Position numbers and translations under genes: made by a program
The notes under the pieces: generated by a model
Told to the model about the DNA's origin: nothing
The model's input: only the letters and a program-made list of their open reading frames with translations
The model's database searches: none
NCBI GenBank assembly: GCA_042095695.1
Contig: JBELMP010000001.1
Coordinates: 50,642 to 114,641, forward strand
DNA length: 64,000 bases
Reading direction: 5' to 3'
From: Maricaulis sp.
Lineage (GTDB): Bacteria > Pseudomonadota > Alphaproteobacteria > Caulobacterales > Maricaulaceae
Part shown: positions 31,223 to 42,519 of the stretch, one piece after another
Layout: each line of letters opens with the position of its first letter
Position numbering within the stretch: the stretch's first letter is position 1

Positions 31223-32239
31223 ATGGCCCGGTCCTATGCCGCCAAATTCATCCATTTCGGCCTGCCCAAATGCGGCTCGACCTTTCTGCAAAGCGTCTGG
31301 GGCGAGGATGCGCAGTATACAGCGGCGGATCTGACCCAGGCCGCCAATGCGGCCCGTCAATTCGCACTGAAGGGCCAGACCAGCAATCTGCCACGCATGG
31401 ATCTCGGCCTGGTGGCGCGCCCGGGAAGCGTGATGGTCGCGTCGTCGGAAGGGTTTGGCTGGGCCTTTATGGGGCGACCGGCGGAACAGCCCCGGATTGC
31501 TGATCTTCACCGGATAGCCGCCCAGCTGACCGGGCAGGCGCGGATCGCACCCGTGGCTCTCTTCATGGTTCGAAATCCGCTGGACTGGATACGCTCCACC
31601 CATGAGCAGATTATCAAGCGCGGCGATTATGATAATGGCGCGCAATATCTGGCGAAGCATCGCAGCCTGATCGAGCGCGTGCTGGATTTGCGTCATATCC
31701 GCGAGGTCTTCTCGGCCCAGTTTGAGCGTGTGGTCTTTCTCTCGGCCGATGAGATGCGCACCGATCCGGACCGGTTCTGGTCGCGTTATGAAGCCGAGCT
31801 GGATGCGCCGCGGCCGGGCCCGGATGTGGTCGCCAAAGTCGCCCAGAGTGACAGCTATTCCAATGTCTCACTGAAAGACCGCATGATTCCGCTGGCACGG
31901 ATGAACCGGATCCTGTCCAATATCAGCCAGGCCTGGACTGGTCTGGACAGTCCGCCACCGCATGTGGCCAAGGAGATCGAGGCCTTTGCCGACAGGTTCA
32001 ACCAGGCCCGGGTCTGGGCCGCCCGGCGTGTCAGCGAAGCCTCTTCCGCTGACGCGCTCGAGACGATGATTGGCGACGCATTTTCCGACATGGGCGACGG
32101 CTTTACCGATCTGCCGCTCGATCAGGCGCTGACAGCCCATTTGCGCACGAATTTCTGCGATGTCCTGGTTGGCGAGACGAGTATTCCCGCCGCGCTGAAG
32201 GCGGAGTACGGCGCGGCGCTCGAGGAGGCTGCGTCTTGA
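31223..32239 (+). CDS. Sulfotransferase-like (PAPS-binding P-loop) protein
   Basis: 5'-PSB-like FIHFGLPKCGSTFLQ and 3'-PB-like RNPLDWIRS; AAGGAG SD at 31211-31216. Confidence 0.7.
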   Translation: MARSYAAKFIHFGLPKCGSTFLQSVWGEDAQYTAADLTQAANAARQFALKGQTSNLPRMDLGLVARPGSVMVASSEGFGWAFMGRPAEQPRIADLHRIAAQLTGQARIAPVALFMVRNPLDWIRSTHEQIIKRGDYDNGAQYLAKHRSLIERVLDLRHIREVFSAQFERVVFLSADEMRTDPDRFWSRYEAELDAPRPGPDVVAKVAQSDSYSNVSLKDRMIPLARMNRILSNISQAWTGLDSPPPHVAKEIEAFADRFNQARVWAARRVSEASSADALETMIGDAFSDMGDGFTDLPLDQALTAHLRTNFCDVLVGETSIPAALKAEYGAALEEAAS

Positions 32240-32420
32240 GAGCGCGTCTTTAGAGCGCAGGGATAGCGGCGCGCTTATCCCCCTCGTCCGGTCCTGCGGC
32301 ATACTCCCCCCATCCCTGTTGATACGGGCGTGGCCAGACCGTCTGGCGGCGCGGCGGGGTGTGATGCGTCATCGGGCCCGGGCGCGGACTGACAATCCGC
32401 GGACGGTTTCGGGTTTCGAT

Positions 32421-32590
32421 GTGGGCAGATCGGGAATCCCGTCGGGGCTCTGTGGCTAAACAGGCAACCCATCCCCGGCCGGGCTATGTGCGAACTAGAA
32501 GTAAGGTCCCCGATCCGTAAGAGCCGACAGTATTGCGTGCGGCGGGCGGGTTGAATCCCGCATCCAGTACCAAGCGTTTTGGCCAAGGAG
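32421..32590 (+). ncRNA. Putative IS110 bridge-RNA-like structured ncRNA, orphan (no recombinase)
   Basis: Two consecutive hairpins, each with a large internal loop (32441-32514 and 32523-32583), followed by AAGGAG with no ORF. Folded by hand; the family call rests on architecture and recalled motif similarity. Confidence 0.5.
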
Positions 32591-32654
32591 ACGATCCTCC
32601 CGCCGCGCACCCTGCTCACTCCAGGCGGTTCCGCCGTGGAGCGCTGAATGCTGG

Positions 32655-35744
<3,090 letters not shown>

Positions 35745-35748
<4 letters not shown>

Positions 35749-36386
35749 TCCGCAGGGTCCGTCACCAGATAGCCGTAGGCGAAATCGGCGATGGCACGAA
35801 CAAAGTCCAGATCGGTGACTGTCATACGGGCTGCAACACCGGTCTCGCGATAGAGGGCGCGTTCGGCCAGGGCGGTGTTGAAATAATAGGACAGCATCTG
35901 CCCCGCCTCGTCCGGATCGCGCCGGACCTCGTCGGGAAAGTAGCGCACCAGCTGGGCAAAACCGGCAGCGCTTTGATCGAGCAGGGCGTCCCATTCCTCG
36001 CCCACCAGATCCGGCCGCAGGCGGGAGTATAAATGCGCCGGGGCAACGATATGCCGTTCCCGGGTGAGAAAATCCCATCCCTGCCGGGCCAGATCGAGCA
36101 GGACCGGGCGCAGGCCCGCCTCCGGGTCCAGGGCAATGCCGCCCTGCTCGCCATAAAGCTCGGCCTGGCGCTGGCGATAGAGATCGAAAATGGCGGGGAT
36201 GAAGGCATCCTTGTTTTCAAAGCGCCGATAGACCGTCCCGACAGCGAGACCGGCCTGTTTGGCGAGATCAGCAATCGTGATCGCCTCAAAATCGCGATCT
36301 CGCAGCAAGTCCTCGAGGGCGCGCAGGAGTTTATCCCGTGTTTCACGCGATCGGGCCTGGGCTGTCGGTTTGGCGCCTTGACTCAC
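35745..36386 (-). CDS. TetR/AcrR family transcriptional regulator
   Basis: HTH TIADLAKQAGLAVGTVYRRFENK. Confidence 0.93.
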
Positions 36387-36402
36387 GGCATTCTCCTCTA
36401 TA

Positions 36403-36430
36403 AATGTGAACGCGAATTCGCATTCACATT
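36403..36430. promoter_or_regulatory. Probable TetR operator
   Basis: 28-bp near-perfect palindrome AATGTGAA-C-GCGAATTCGC-A-TTCACATT between the divergent tetR and CPBP genes. Confidence 0.75.
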
Positions 36431-36488
36431 ATGCCAATAGACAAACACTGACCGATCCCCGCGTCAATATCGAGCCCAGGAGGCTGAC

Positions 36489-37256
36489 ATGTTCGATCCA
36501 ATCCTTTCACGGCCTGAATTATTCATCGGGCTGGCTGCCATTCTCGCCTTTCTGATCTTCGCCGCCATTCGCGACGCCCAGGACCGTTTGCGCCTGGACA
36601 GCGAAGAGCCCGGATTTCGCCTGACCGTCTATGCCCAGACCATGCGTATGCTCTGGGGGCTGGCTGCACTCTGCCTTGTCAGTTGGATGCTTGCCGGACT
36701 GTCCTTTAGTGAGCTCGGTATCCGCATGCCCGTGGAAGGCTGGTGCAGCTGGCTGAGCTGGGGTCTGGCCACGCTGGGGCTGGCCTATCTGATCTGGTCG
36801 CTGATCCAGACTGCCCTGTCACGCGAGGCCCGGGCCAGCATCCGCCGCCAAATTGACGGGGCCGGCAAGACCGATCTCATCCTGCCGACAAACCCGGCTG
36901 AACACCGGCGGTTTCAGGGGCTCTCCGTGACCGCAGGGATTACTGAGGAACTTGTTTTCCGCGGCTTCCTGATTGGCGCCCTCGCCCTGACCTTTCCGGT
37001 CTGGCTGGCCGCCTGTATCGCCACCGGCCTGTTTATTCTCGCACACATCTATCAGGGGCCTGCGGGCATGTTGAAAATTACCCCGGTCTCGATTCTCCTC
37101 GCGGCGATGTTCGTGATCGGGGAATCGCTCTGGCCGGTCATGCTGCTGCATGTATTCGTTGATGCGATCGGCGGCGGCATGATGGCGGTTGTCCAGCACT
37201 ATGAGGCGGAGGATCAGGCCGCATCGGGCGAGCCGCAGGACGGGCTGCCGGCCTGA
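36489..37256 (+). CDS. CPBP (CAAX/Abi) family intramembrane metalloprotease
   Basis: EELVFRG, FILAHIYQG, LLHVFVD; multiple TM segments. Confidence 0.92.
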   Translation: MFDPILSRPELFIGLAAILAFLIFAAIRDAQDRLRLDSEEPGFRLTVYAQTMRMLWGLAALCLVSWMLAGLSFSELGIRMPVEGWCSWLSWGLATLGLAYLIWSLIQTALSREARASIRRQIDGAGKTDLILPTNPAEHRRFQGLSVTAGITEELVFRGFLIGALALTFPVWLAACIATGLFILAHIYQGPAGMLKITPVSILLAAMFVIGESLWPVMLLHVFVDAIGGGMMAVVQHYEAEDQAASGEPQDGLPA

Positions 37257-37281
37257 TTACGTCTGGTTCGGCAAGTTCTGG

Positions 37282-38013
37282 CTAGAGACGATAATCGGGA
37301 AGGCTGTTGAAGGCTGATTTCAGCGCGTCGCCCCAACCAGAGGAAATCTGGTTGAAATAGGGATCATCATTCTCAAGGCGACGCTCGACCCCGGTCTGCA
37401 GGCTGTTGGTCTGATAGATATGCAGGTCCAGGGGAAGCCCGACGGAGAGATTGGCCTTGATGGTGGAGTCAAAGGACACGCAGAGGAGTTTCACCGCATC
37501 TTCCATGGTCATGTCCGGCTCATAGGCGCGCACAAGAATGGGACGACCATATTTGGTCTCGCCGATCTGGAAGAAGGGTGTCTCCTCGCTGGCCTCTATG
37601 AAATTACCCTCTGGATAAATCATGTAGAGGCGCGGCGGCATGCCGGCGATCTGACCGCCCAGAATAATGGAGGCGCTGAAGGGACTCTCCGACATCGGCG
37701 CGCCATCGGCCTCGCGGCTGACGCATTCCCGGAGTGTCTCGCCGACCAGACGGGCGACCTGGAACATTGTGGGCGCTTCGAGCAAGGAGGGCGAGCGCTC
37801 CTCCGGGGTCTTGCTGCGCTCTTCGAGCAGGCTGATCACCGACTGGGTCGTCGCCAGATTGCCGGCCGTCATCAAGGTGAGTACGCGCTCGCCCGGGATC
37901 GACCAGGTGAACATCTTGCGAAACATGGAGATATTATCGACACCCGCATTGGTGCGCGTGTCGGACATAAAGACGAGTCCGCCATCCAGCTTCAGTCCGA
38001 CGCAATAAGTCAA
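37282..38013 (-). CDS. Proteasome-type Thr protease (Anbu)
   Basis: MTYCVG (Thr1 nucleophile), SDTRTNAGVD, QIGETKYGRPIL. Confidence 0.93.
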   Translation of the reverse strand: MTYCVGLKLDGGLVFMSDTRTNAGVDNISMFRKMFTWSIPGERVLTLMTAGNLATTQSVISLLEERSKTPEERSPSLLEAPTMFQVARLVGETLRECVSREADGAPMSESPFSASIILGGQIAGMPPRLYMIYPEGNFIEASEETPFFQIGETKYGRPILVRAYEPDMTMEDAVKLLCVSFDSTIKANLSVGLPLDLHIYQTNSLQTGVERRLENDDPYFNQISSGWGDALKSAFNSLPDYRL

Positions 38014-38034
38014 GAATCACCTCTGCCCCAAGGG

Positions 38035-38835
38035 TTACTGTTCGACCTGGACCGTCACAAGCAGAGTTTCATCCCCGCCACCAAACCGGATTCCGGAGAT
38101 TGGAGCGGCATCCCGGTAATCGAGGCCGGTTGCCAGCCGGATATAGCGATCATTGGGGCAGATCCGGTTGGAGATATCAAATCCCACCCATCCCAGCGCG
38201 TCGATAAATACCTCCGCCCAGGCATGGCTGGCCTCCTGCTCCTCGCCGCTCTCCAGATGCAGATAACCGCTGACATAACGTGCCGGAAAGCCGAGCGCGC
38301 GCGCCAGGCCGACAAATATATGGGTATGGTCCTGGCAGACGCCGGATCCGGACAGAACCGCTTCCTCCGCAGTGGTGGTGACGCTGGTCTCCTGCTTGCG
38401 ATACCTGACCTGATCGGCGATGTGGTGCATCAGCGCGTGCATGCCGCCGACATCCTGGCCCGCCTCGGATGAGAGGCTTCGCAGCAACGCTGTCATGGAC
38501 TTGCCCGGGCGTGTCAAATCGGTCTGGCGTCGGAAGAACCAGAGCGGCGCACAGCCCTGATGCATCCCCATTATGCCGTTTGTATCCTCGGTCTCGACCT
38601 CGCCATGACTGGTCACGATCAGGCTACTGCTGGCCTCATCCAGGCGCACAAGTTCGACATCATTATTGTTATGATCGCGATAGCGGGTCTGGCGTTCCGC
38701 GCCCGCCACTTGGACATCCCAATTGAGAATGGTCTGCTGCGGGCCCGACTTTGGCCAAAGACGCAATTGCTGAAGCCCGTAGGGCACCGGCGCGTCATAG
38801 GTATAACGGGTCTTATGCTGGATCTTGAGAAGCAT
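38035..38835 (-). CDS. Transglutaminase-like protein
   Basis: Cys-His-Asp triad: GVCQD, HAWAE, GFD. Confidence 0.93.
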   Translation of the reverse strand: MLLKIQHKTRYTYDAPVPYGLQQLRLWPKSGPQQTILNWDVQVAGAERQTRYRDHNNNDVELVRLDEASSSLIVTSHGEVETEDTNGIMGMHQGCAPLWFFRRQTDLTRPGKSMTALLRSLSSEAGQDVGGMHALMHHIADQVRYRKQETSVTTTAEEAVLSGSGVCQDHTHIFVGLARALGFPARYVSGYLHLESGEEQEASHAWAEVFIDALGWVGFDISNRICPNDRYIRLATGLDYRDAAPISGIRFGGGDETLLVTVQVEQ

Positions 38836-38839
38836 GGGC

Positions 38840-39781
38840 CTATTCGTAAAAGCGGAAATCCGCCTCGATCTGGGCGGCGAGCTGATTATTGTGAGTCAGG
38901 AAGTCGGCGATGAATTCATGCAGGCCGGCCTCGAATATATCATCGATCTTCTGATTGCCCAGACCGGCCTGGAGGCGTTCGGCGAGCAGGACAGAGGGCC
39001 GCCGGACTCCATATTCGACACTGATCTGGGTCAGATAATGGACCACTTCGCGGATACAGAAATTCAGTGACCGCGGCATACGCCGATCCAGGATCAGGAA
39101 ATCGGCAATATCGGAGGGTCGGGTCTCGCCACCATATAGCCAGGTATAGGCCCGTTCGGCTGAAGCGGAGCGAAGCACGGTCTCCCACTGGATATTGTCC
39201 AGGGCTGAACCGACAAATGTCACCGCAGGCAGAAGAACATAATATTTGACGTCGAGTATCCGGGCGGTGTTGTCAGCGCGCTCGATGAATGTTCCCAAGC
39301 GGGCGAAGCAGAAGCCGTCATCATGCATGAGCGAGCCATGGGCAGCACCGCGCACCAGCGCGCTCTGTTGCCGGATCTGGGCAAGCAATTCCGGCAGATC
39401 GGCTTCCTTGACGGGACGTTTGAGCTGGTCCTTCAGGATCAGCCAGCCCTCATTCACCGATTCCCACACTTCTCGCGTCAGCGCCGCTCGCACCATGCGG
39501 GCATTCTGCCGCGCGCCCCAGAAAAGTGAGGCCACGCTGGACGGGTTATCCCGATTTCGCAGCAGGAAATCGATAGCGGTCTGCTGGGAAATCTCATCAT
39601 GCAGCTGGGTATATTGCTCGCTACAGCCTGCGGTTTGCAGGATCGACATCCATTCCTGGCCGGTCGCGCTGGAATGGGTCAGGGCCATGCGAAAGCCGGC
39701 CTCAACGAGGCGGGCGGTATTCTCGCTGCGTTCAAGCTGACGGCTCATCCAGAATAGGCCGCAGGCGGTTTTCCCGAGCAT
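38840..39781 (-). CDS. Alpha-E domain protein
   Basis: LFWMSRQLERSENTAR and IERADNTARILDVKY (ER motifs). Confidence 0.92.
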   Translation of the reverse strand: MLGKTACGLFWMSRQLERSENTARLVEAGFRMALTHSSATGQEWMSILQTAGCSEQYTQLHDEISQQTAIDFLLRNRDNPSSVASLFWGARQNARMVRAALTREVWESVNEGWLILKDQLKRPVKEADLPELLAQIRQQSALVRGAAHGSLMHDDGFCFARLGTFIERADNTARILDVKYYVLLPAVTFVGSALDNIQWETVLRSASAERAYTWLYGGETRPSDIADFLILDRRMPRSLNFCIREVVHYLTQISVEYGVRRPSVLLAERLQAGLGNQKIDDIFEAGLHEFIADFLTHNNQLAAQIEADFRFYE

Positions 39782-39785
39782 GCGC

Positions 39786-41198
39786 CTAATCCTCCAAAAT
39801 CCAGGTGTCCTTGGTGCCGCCACCCTGGCTGGAATTGACGACCAGGGAGCCTTTCTTGAGCGCCACCCGGGTCAGGCCACCGGGTGTGACATGAACGCCC
39901 TGGGGCGACATCAGAACGAAGGGGCGAAGATCCACATGACGCGGAGCCAGACCCGCCTGGGTGAGGACCGGAACTGTCGACAGGGCGAGCGTAGGCTGAG
40001 CGATATAATTCCCGGGCCGTTCGGTCAGCTTTTTGCGGAAGGCGGCGATTTCCCGCTTGCTTGCTGCCGGTCCCACCAGCATCCCATAGCCGCCGGAGCC
40101 ATGCACTTCCTTGACGACCAATTCCTCCAGATTGTCGAGCACATAGGCCAGCGCATCGGCCTCGCTGCAGCGCCAGGTCGGGACATTCTGCAATAGCGGG
40201 GGCCGACCTGTGTAGAATTCCACAATCTCCGGCATGTAGGAGTAAATCGCCTTGTCGTCGGCAATGCCCGTGCCGGGCGCATTGGCGAGCGTTATCCCGC
40301 CAGCGCGATAGACATCCAGCAGACCGGCCACGCCGAGGACGGAATCCGGGTTGAAATTCAGCGGGTCCAGGAATTCATCATCGACCCGGCGATAGAGGAC
40401 ATCAATCGGCAGATAGCCGCGCGTTGTGCGCATTGCGACCCGCCCATCGACCACGCGGAGGTCATGGCCCTCGACAAGTTCCGCGCCCATCTGGTCGGCG
40501 AGGAAAGCATGTTCGAAATAGGCCGAGTTGTGGAAGCCCGGCGTCAGGACCGCAACAACCGGGCGGGTGCGGGTGGCCGGCGGTGCACTGGCTTCCAGCG
40601 CCCGGCGCAGGTGAAAGGGATAGTCACTAACGGAGCGGACCCGGTTTTTTGAGAAAAGCTCCGGGAACATGCGCAGCATGGTCTCGCGATTTTCCAGCAT
40701 GTAGGAGACGCCGGACGGGGTCCGCGCATTATCCTCGAGCACATAGAAATTATCCGGCCCGGTTCTGACCAGATCAATGCCGGAGATATGGGTATAAATG
40801 CCCCCGGGCACGTCGAGCCCGATCATCTGCGGCAGGAAGGCGGCATTATTCGCAATCATCTCGAGGGGAATGCGACCCGCCTTGATGATTTCCTGCTTGT
40901 GATAGAGGTCGTGAATAAAGGCATTTATGGCCTGGACGCGCTGCTCGATGCCGCGCGTCAGCCGCGCCCATTCCCGCGCCGTGATGATCCGCGGGACAAG
41001 ATCAAACGGGATCAGGCGCTCATCGGCTTCATTGGCACCATAGACATTGAAGGTAATCCCGGTGCGACGGAAAAACCGCTCCGCTTCGCGCGCCTTGCGA
41101 CGCAGCGTCCTGGGATCCATGTCCGAAAACCAATCCCAATACCCCCCATAGGCCTCGCGGGGGGTCTCGTCGGAATGATATAATTCGTCGAAGGACAT
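39786..41198 (-). CDS. Circularly permuted type 2 ATP-grasp protein
   Basis: LEDNARTPSGVSY, YRRVDD, ADDKAIY, VVNSSQGGGTKDTW. Confidence 0.94.
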   Translation of the reverse strand: MSFDELYHSDETPREAYGGYWDWFSDMDPRTLRRKAREAERFFRRTGITFNVYGANEADERLIPFDLVPRIITAREWARLTRGIEQRVQAINAFIHDLYHKQEIIKAGRIPLEMIANNAAFLPQMIGLDVPGGIYTHISGIDLVRTGPDNFYVLEDNARTPSGVSYMLENRETMLRMFPELFSKNRVRSVSDYPFHLRRALEASAPPATRTRPVVAVLTPGFHNSAYFEHAFLADQMGAELVEGHDLRVVDGRVAMRTTRGYLPIDVLYRRVDDEFLDPLNFNPDSVLGVAGLLDVYRAGGITLANAPGTGIADDKAIYSYMPEIVEFYTGRPPLLQNVPTWRCSEADALAYVLDNLEELVVKEVHGSGGYGMLVGPAASKREIAAFRKKLTERPGNYIAQPTLALSTVPVLTQAGLAPRHVDLRPFVLMSPQGVHVTPGGLTRVALKKGSLVVNSSQGGGTKDTWILED

Positions 41199-41268
41199 GG
41201 GTCCCCTTGAAAGCAACTGGTCCGAAACTTCTGGAAAAGCTTACACAAGGCGCGGCTCAATCGACGCC

Positions 41269-41339
41269 TGCCTGCGCGCTCAGCACATGCGTGCCCGCTT
41301 TTCGGTCACTTGCCAAGGGCGCTGCTCAAGAAAGCGGCA
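41269..41339. promoter_or_regulatory. Three NtrC-like TGC-N11-GCA boxes upstream of the Anbu operon
   Basis: TGCCTGCGCGCTCAGCA 41269-41285, TGCCCGCTTTTCGGTCA 41292-41308 (one mismatch), TGCTCAAGAAAGCGGCA 41323-41339. Confidence 0.45.
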
Positions 41340-42519
41340 TGCTCCCGGTCTTCGGACTCGCCTGGGCGTCAGAGATTTCGATGTATTGCGCATCACTCTG
41401 GAAGGCTTCGAAGAGTTTGCGCTCAACCCCGGTGAGCCAGGCCTGGGATCCGGTCGCGAGAATCTCCTGGGCCAGCCCGTCACGGCGGCGCGCATCGAGA
41501 TGCGCACAGGCTTCATCAAACAGAAGGATGGGGGCAATCCCGTAAAGATCCCCGAGCACGCGGGCCTGGGCCAGGGTCAGGGAGAGAAGCAGGGCTTTTT
41601 GTTCGCCGGTTGAACAATCCGACGCAATCTGTCGCTTGCCGCGATGATGGGCGATGAGATCGGTGCGGTGTGGCCCGGCCGTCAGCGTGCGTCCCGCTGC
41701 ACCATCACGGATCCGGCCGGCTTCAAGCGCGGCCATGAAATTGTCCTCCGCCTCGCTGACACTCAACCCCTCGCTGAGGTCTGATTCCACATCACCGGCG
41801 AGCGCCAGATCAGCGCGCGGAAAAGCGCCATCGCCATGCGCGTCAATTTCGGCCTGGAGCCGGATCAGCGCGTCGAGCCGAGCCGCGGCAATCGCCACGC
41901 CCTGCCCGGCCATTTCCAATTCGATGGCCCGCAGCCAGCTGGGATCCGGCTGGCCCTCATCGAGCAGGCGTTGCCGTCGCAATCGCGTCTTCTCATAGGC
42001 GTTGAGCGCCTCCGCCTGGGCTGGATCGGACGCGGTCACCAGACGATCAAAAAAGCGCAGTCGATCCGCCCGCGGTCCGGCAAATAACCGGTCCTGGGCG
42101 GGGGTCAGCCAGATCATCGGGATCAGTCTTGCCAAGGCGGATTGGGTCACCGGATCGCCGTCCAGCCGGGTTTCACGGCGATGACCATCGCGATGACCTG
42201 TGCCCAGACGGTAATGCTCGCCCCGGCTTTCCAGCTCTGCAAACACCGCCCATTGCCCGGACTGTTCACTCTCGGTGCGGCGGGCAATCGCCTCGCTGCT
42301 CGCTGATCGCAAACCCTTGCCGGGCGCGAAAAAGGAGATGGCCTCGATAATATTGGTCTTGCCCGCACCATTCTCGCCCCAGAGCATGACGGGACGGGTA
42401 TCGCAGTCCAGATCGAGCTGGGGATAGCAGCGATAATCGGTCAGGCGCAAACGACGAACCGCCGCTGGCCTGTGCCGCGGCGGTTGGCTGGGATGAGCGG
42501 TTTCGGTGGCTTGCGTCAC
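41326..42519 (-). CDS. recF: DNA replication/repair protein RecF
   Basis: GENGAGKTN, GPHRTD, STGEQK, LLFDEACAHLD. Confidence 0.96.
   Translation of the reverse strand: MTQATETAHPSQPPRHRPAAVRRLRLTDYRCYPQLDLDCDTRPVMLWGENGAGKTNIIEAISFFAPGKGLRSASSEAIARRTESEQSGQWAVFAELESRGEHYRLGTGHRDGHRRETRLDGDPVTQSALARLIPMIWLTPAQDRLFAGPRADRLRFFDRLVTASDPAQAEALNAYEKTRLRRQRLLDEGQPDPSWLRAIELEMAGQGVAIAAARLDALIRLQAEIDAHGDGAFPRADLALAGDVESDLSEGLSVSEAEDNFMAALEAGRIRDGAAGRTLTAGPHRTDLIAHHRGKRQIASDCSTGEQKALLLSLTLAQARVLGDLYGIAPILLFDEACAHLDARRRDGLAQEILATGSQAWLTGVERKLFEAFQSDAQYIEISDAQASPKTGSMPLS

Noticed and set aside
32371-32378. ATCGGGCC, which as I recall matches the IS621 left target guide
   Set aside because: It lies outside the predicted loops, and an 8-mer match in GC-rich DNA is likely chance.
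32384-32572. tRNA/tmRNA-like pieces: an anticodon-like stem-loop GCGGA-CTGACAA-TCCGC and a T-arm-like GCGGG-TTGAAT-CCCGC followed by ...ACCA
   Set aside because: The pieces are ~145 nt apart, the T-loop has 6 nt and lacks TTC, and no D-arm or matching acceptor 5' strand is present. They are better explained as parts of the structured element reported above.
36339-36354. parS half-sites GTTTCAC (also near 1997, 8508 and 42170)
   Set aside because: Only one arm matches and there is no palindrome.
41282-41297. Possible sigma54 promoter (GG-N10-GC on the minus strand) for the Anbu operon
   Set aside because: The GGCAC and TGC elements are one base out of register with the TGGCAC-N5-TTGC consensus; too weak to call.
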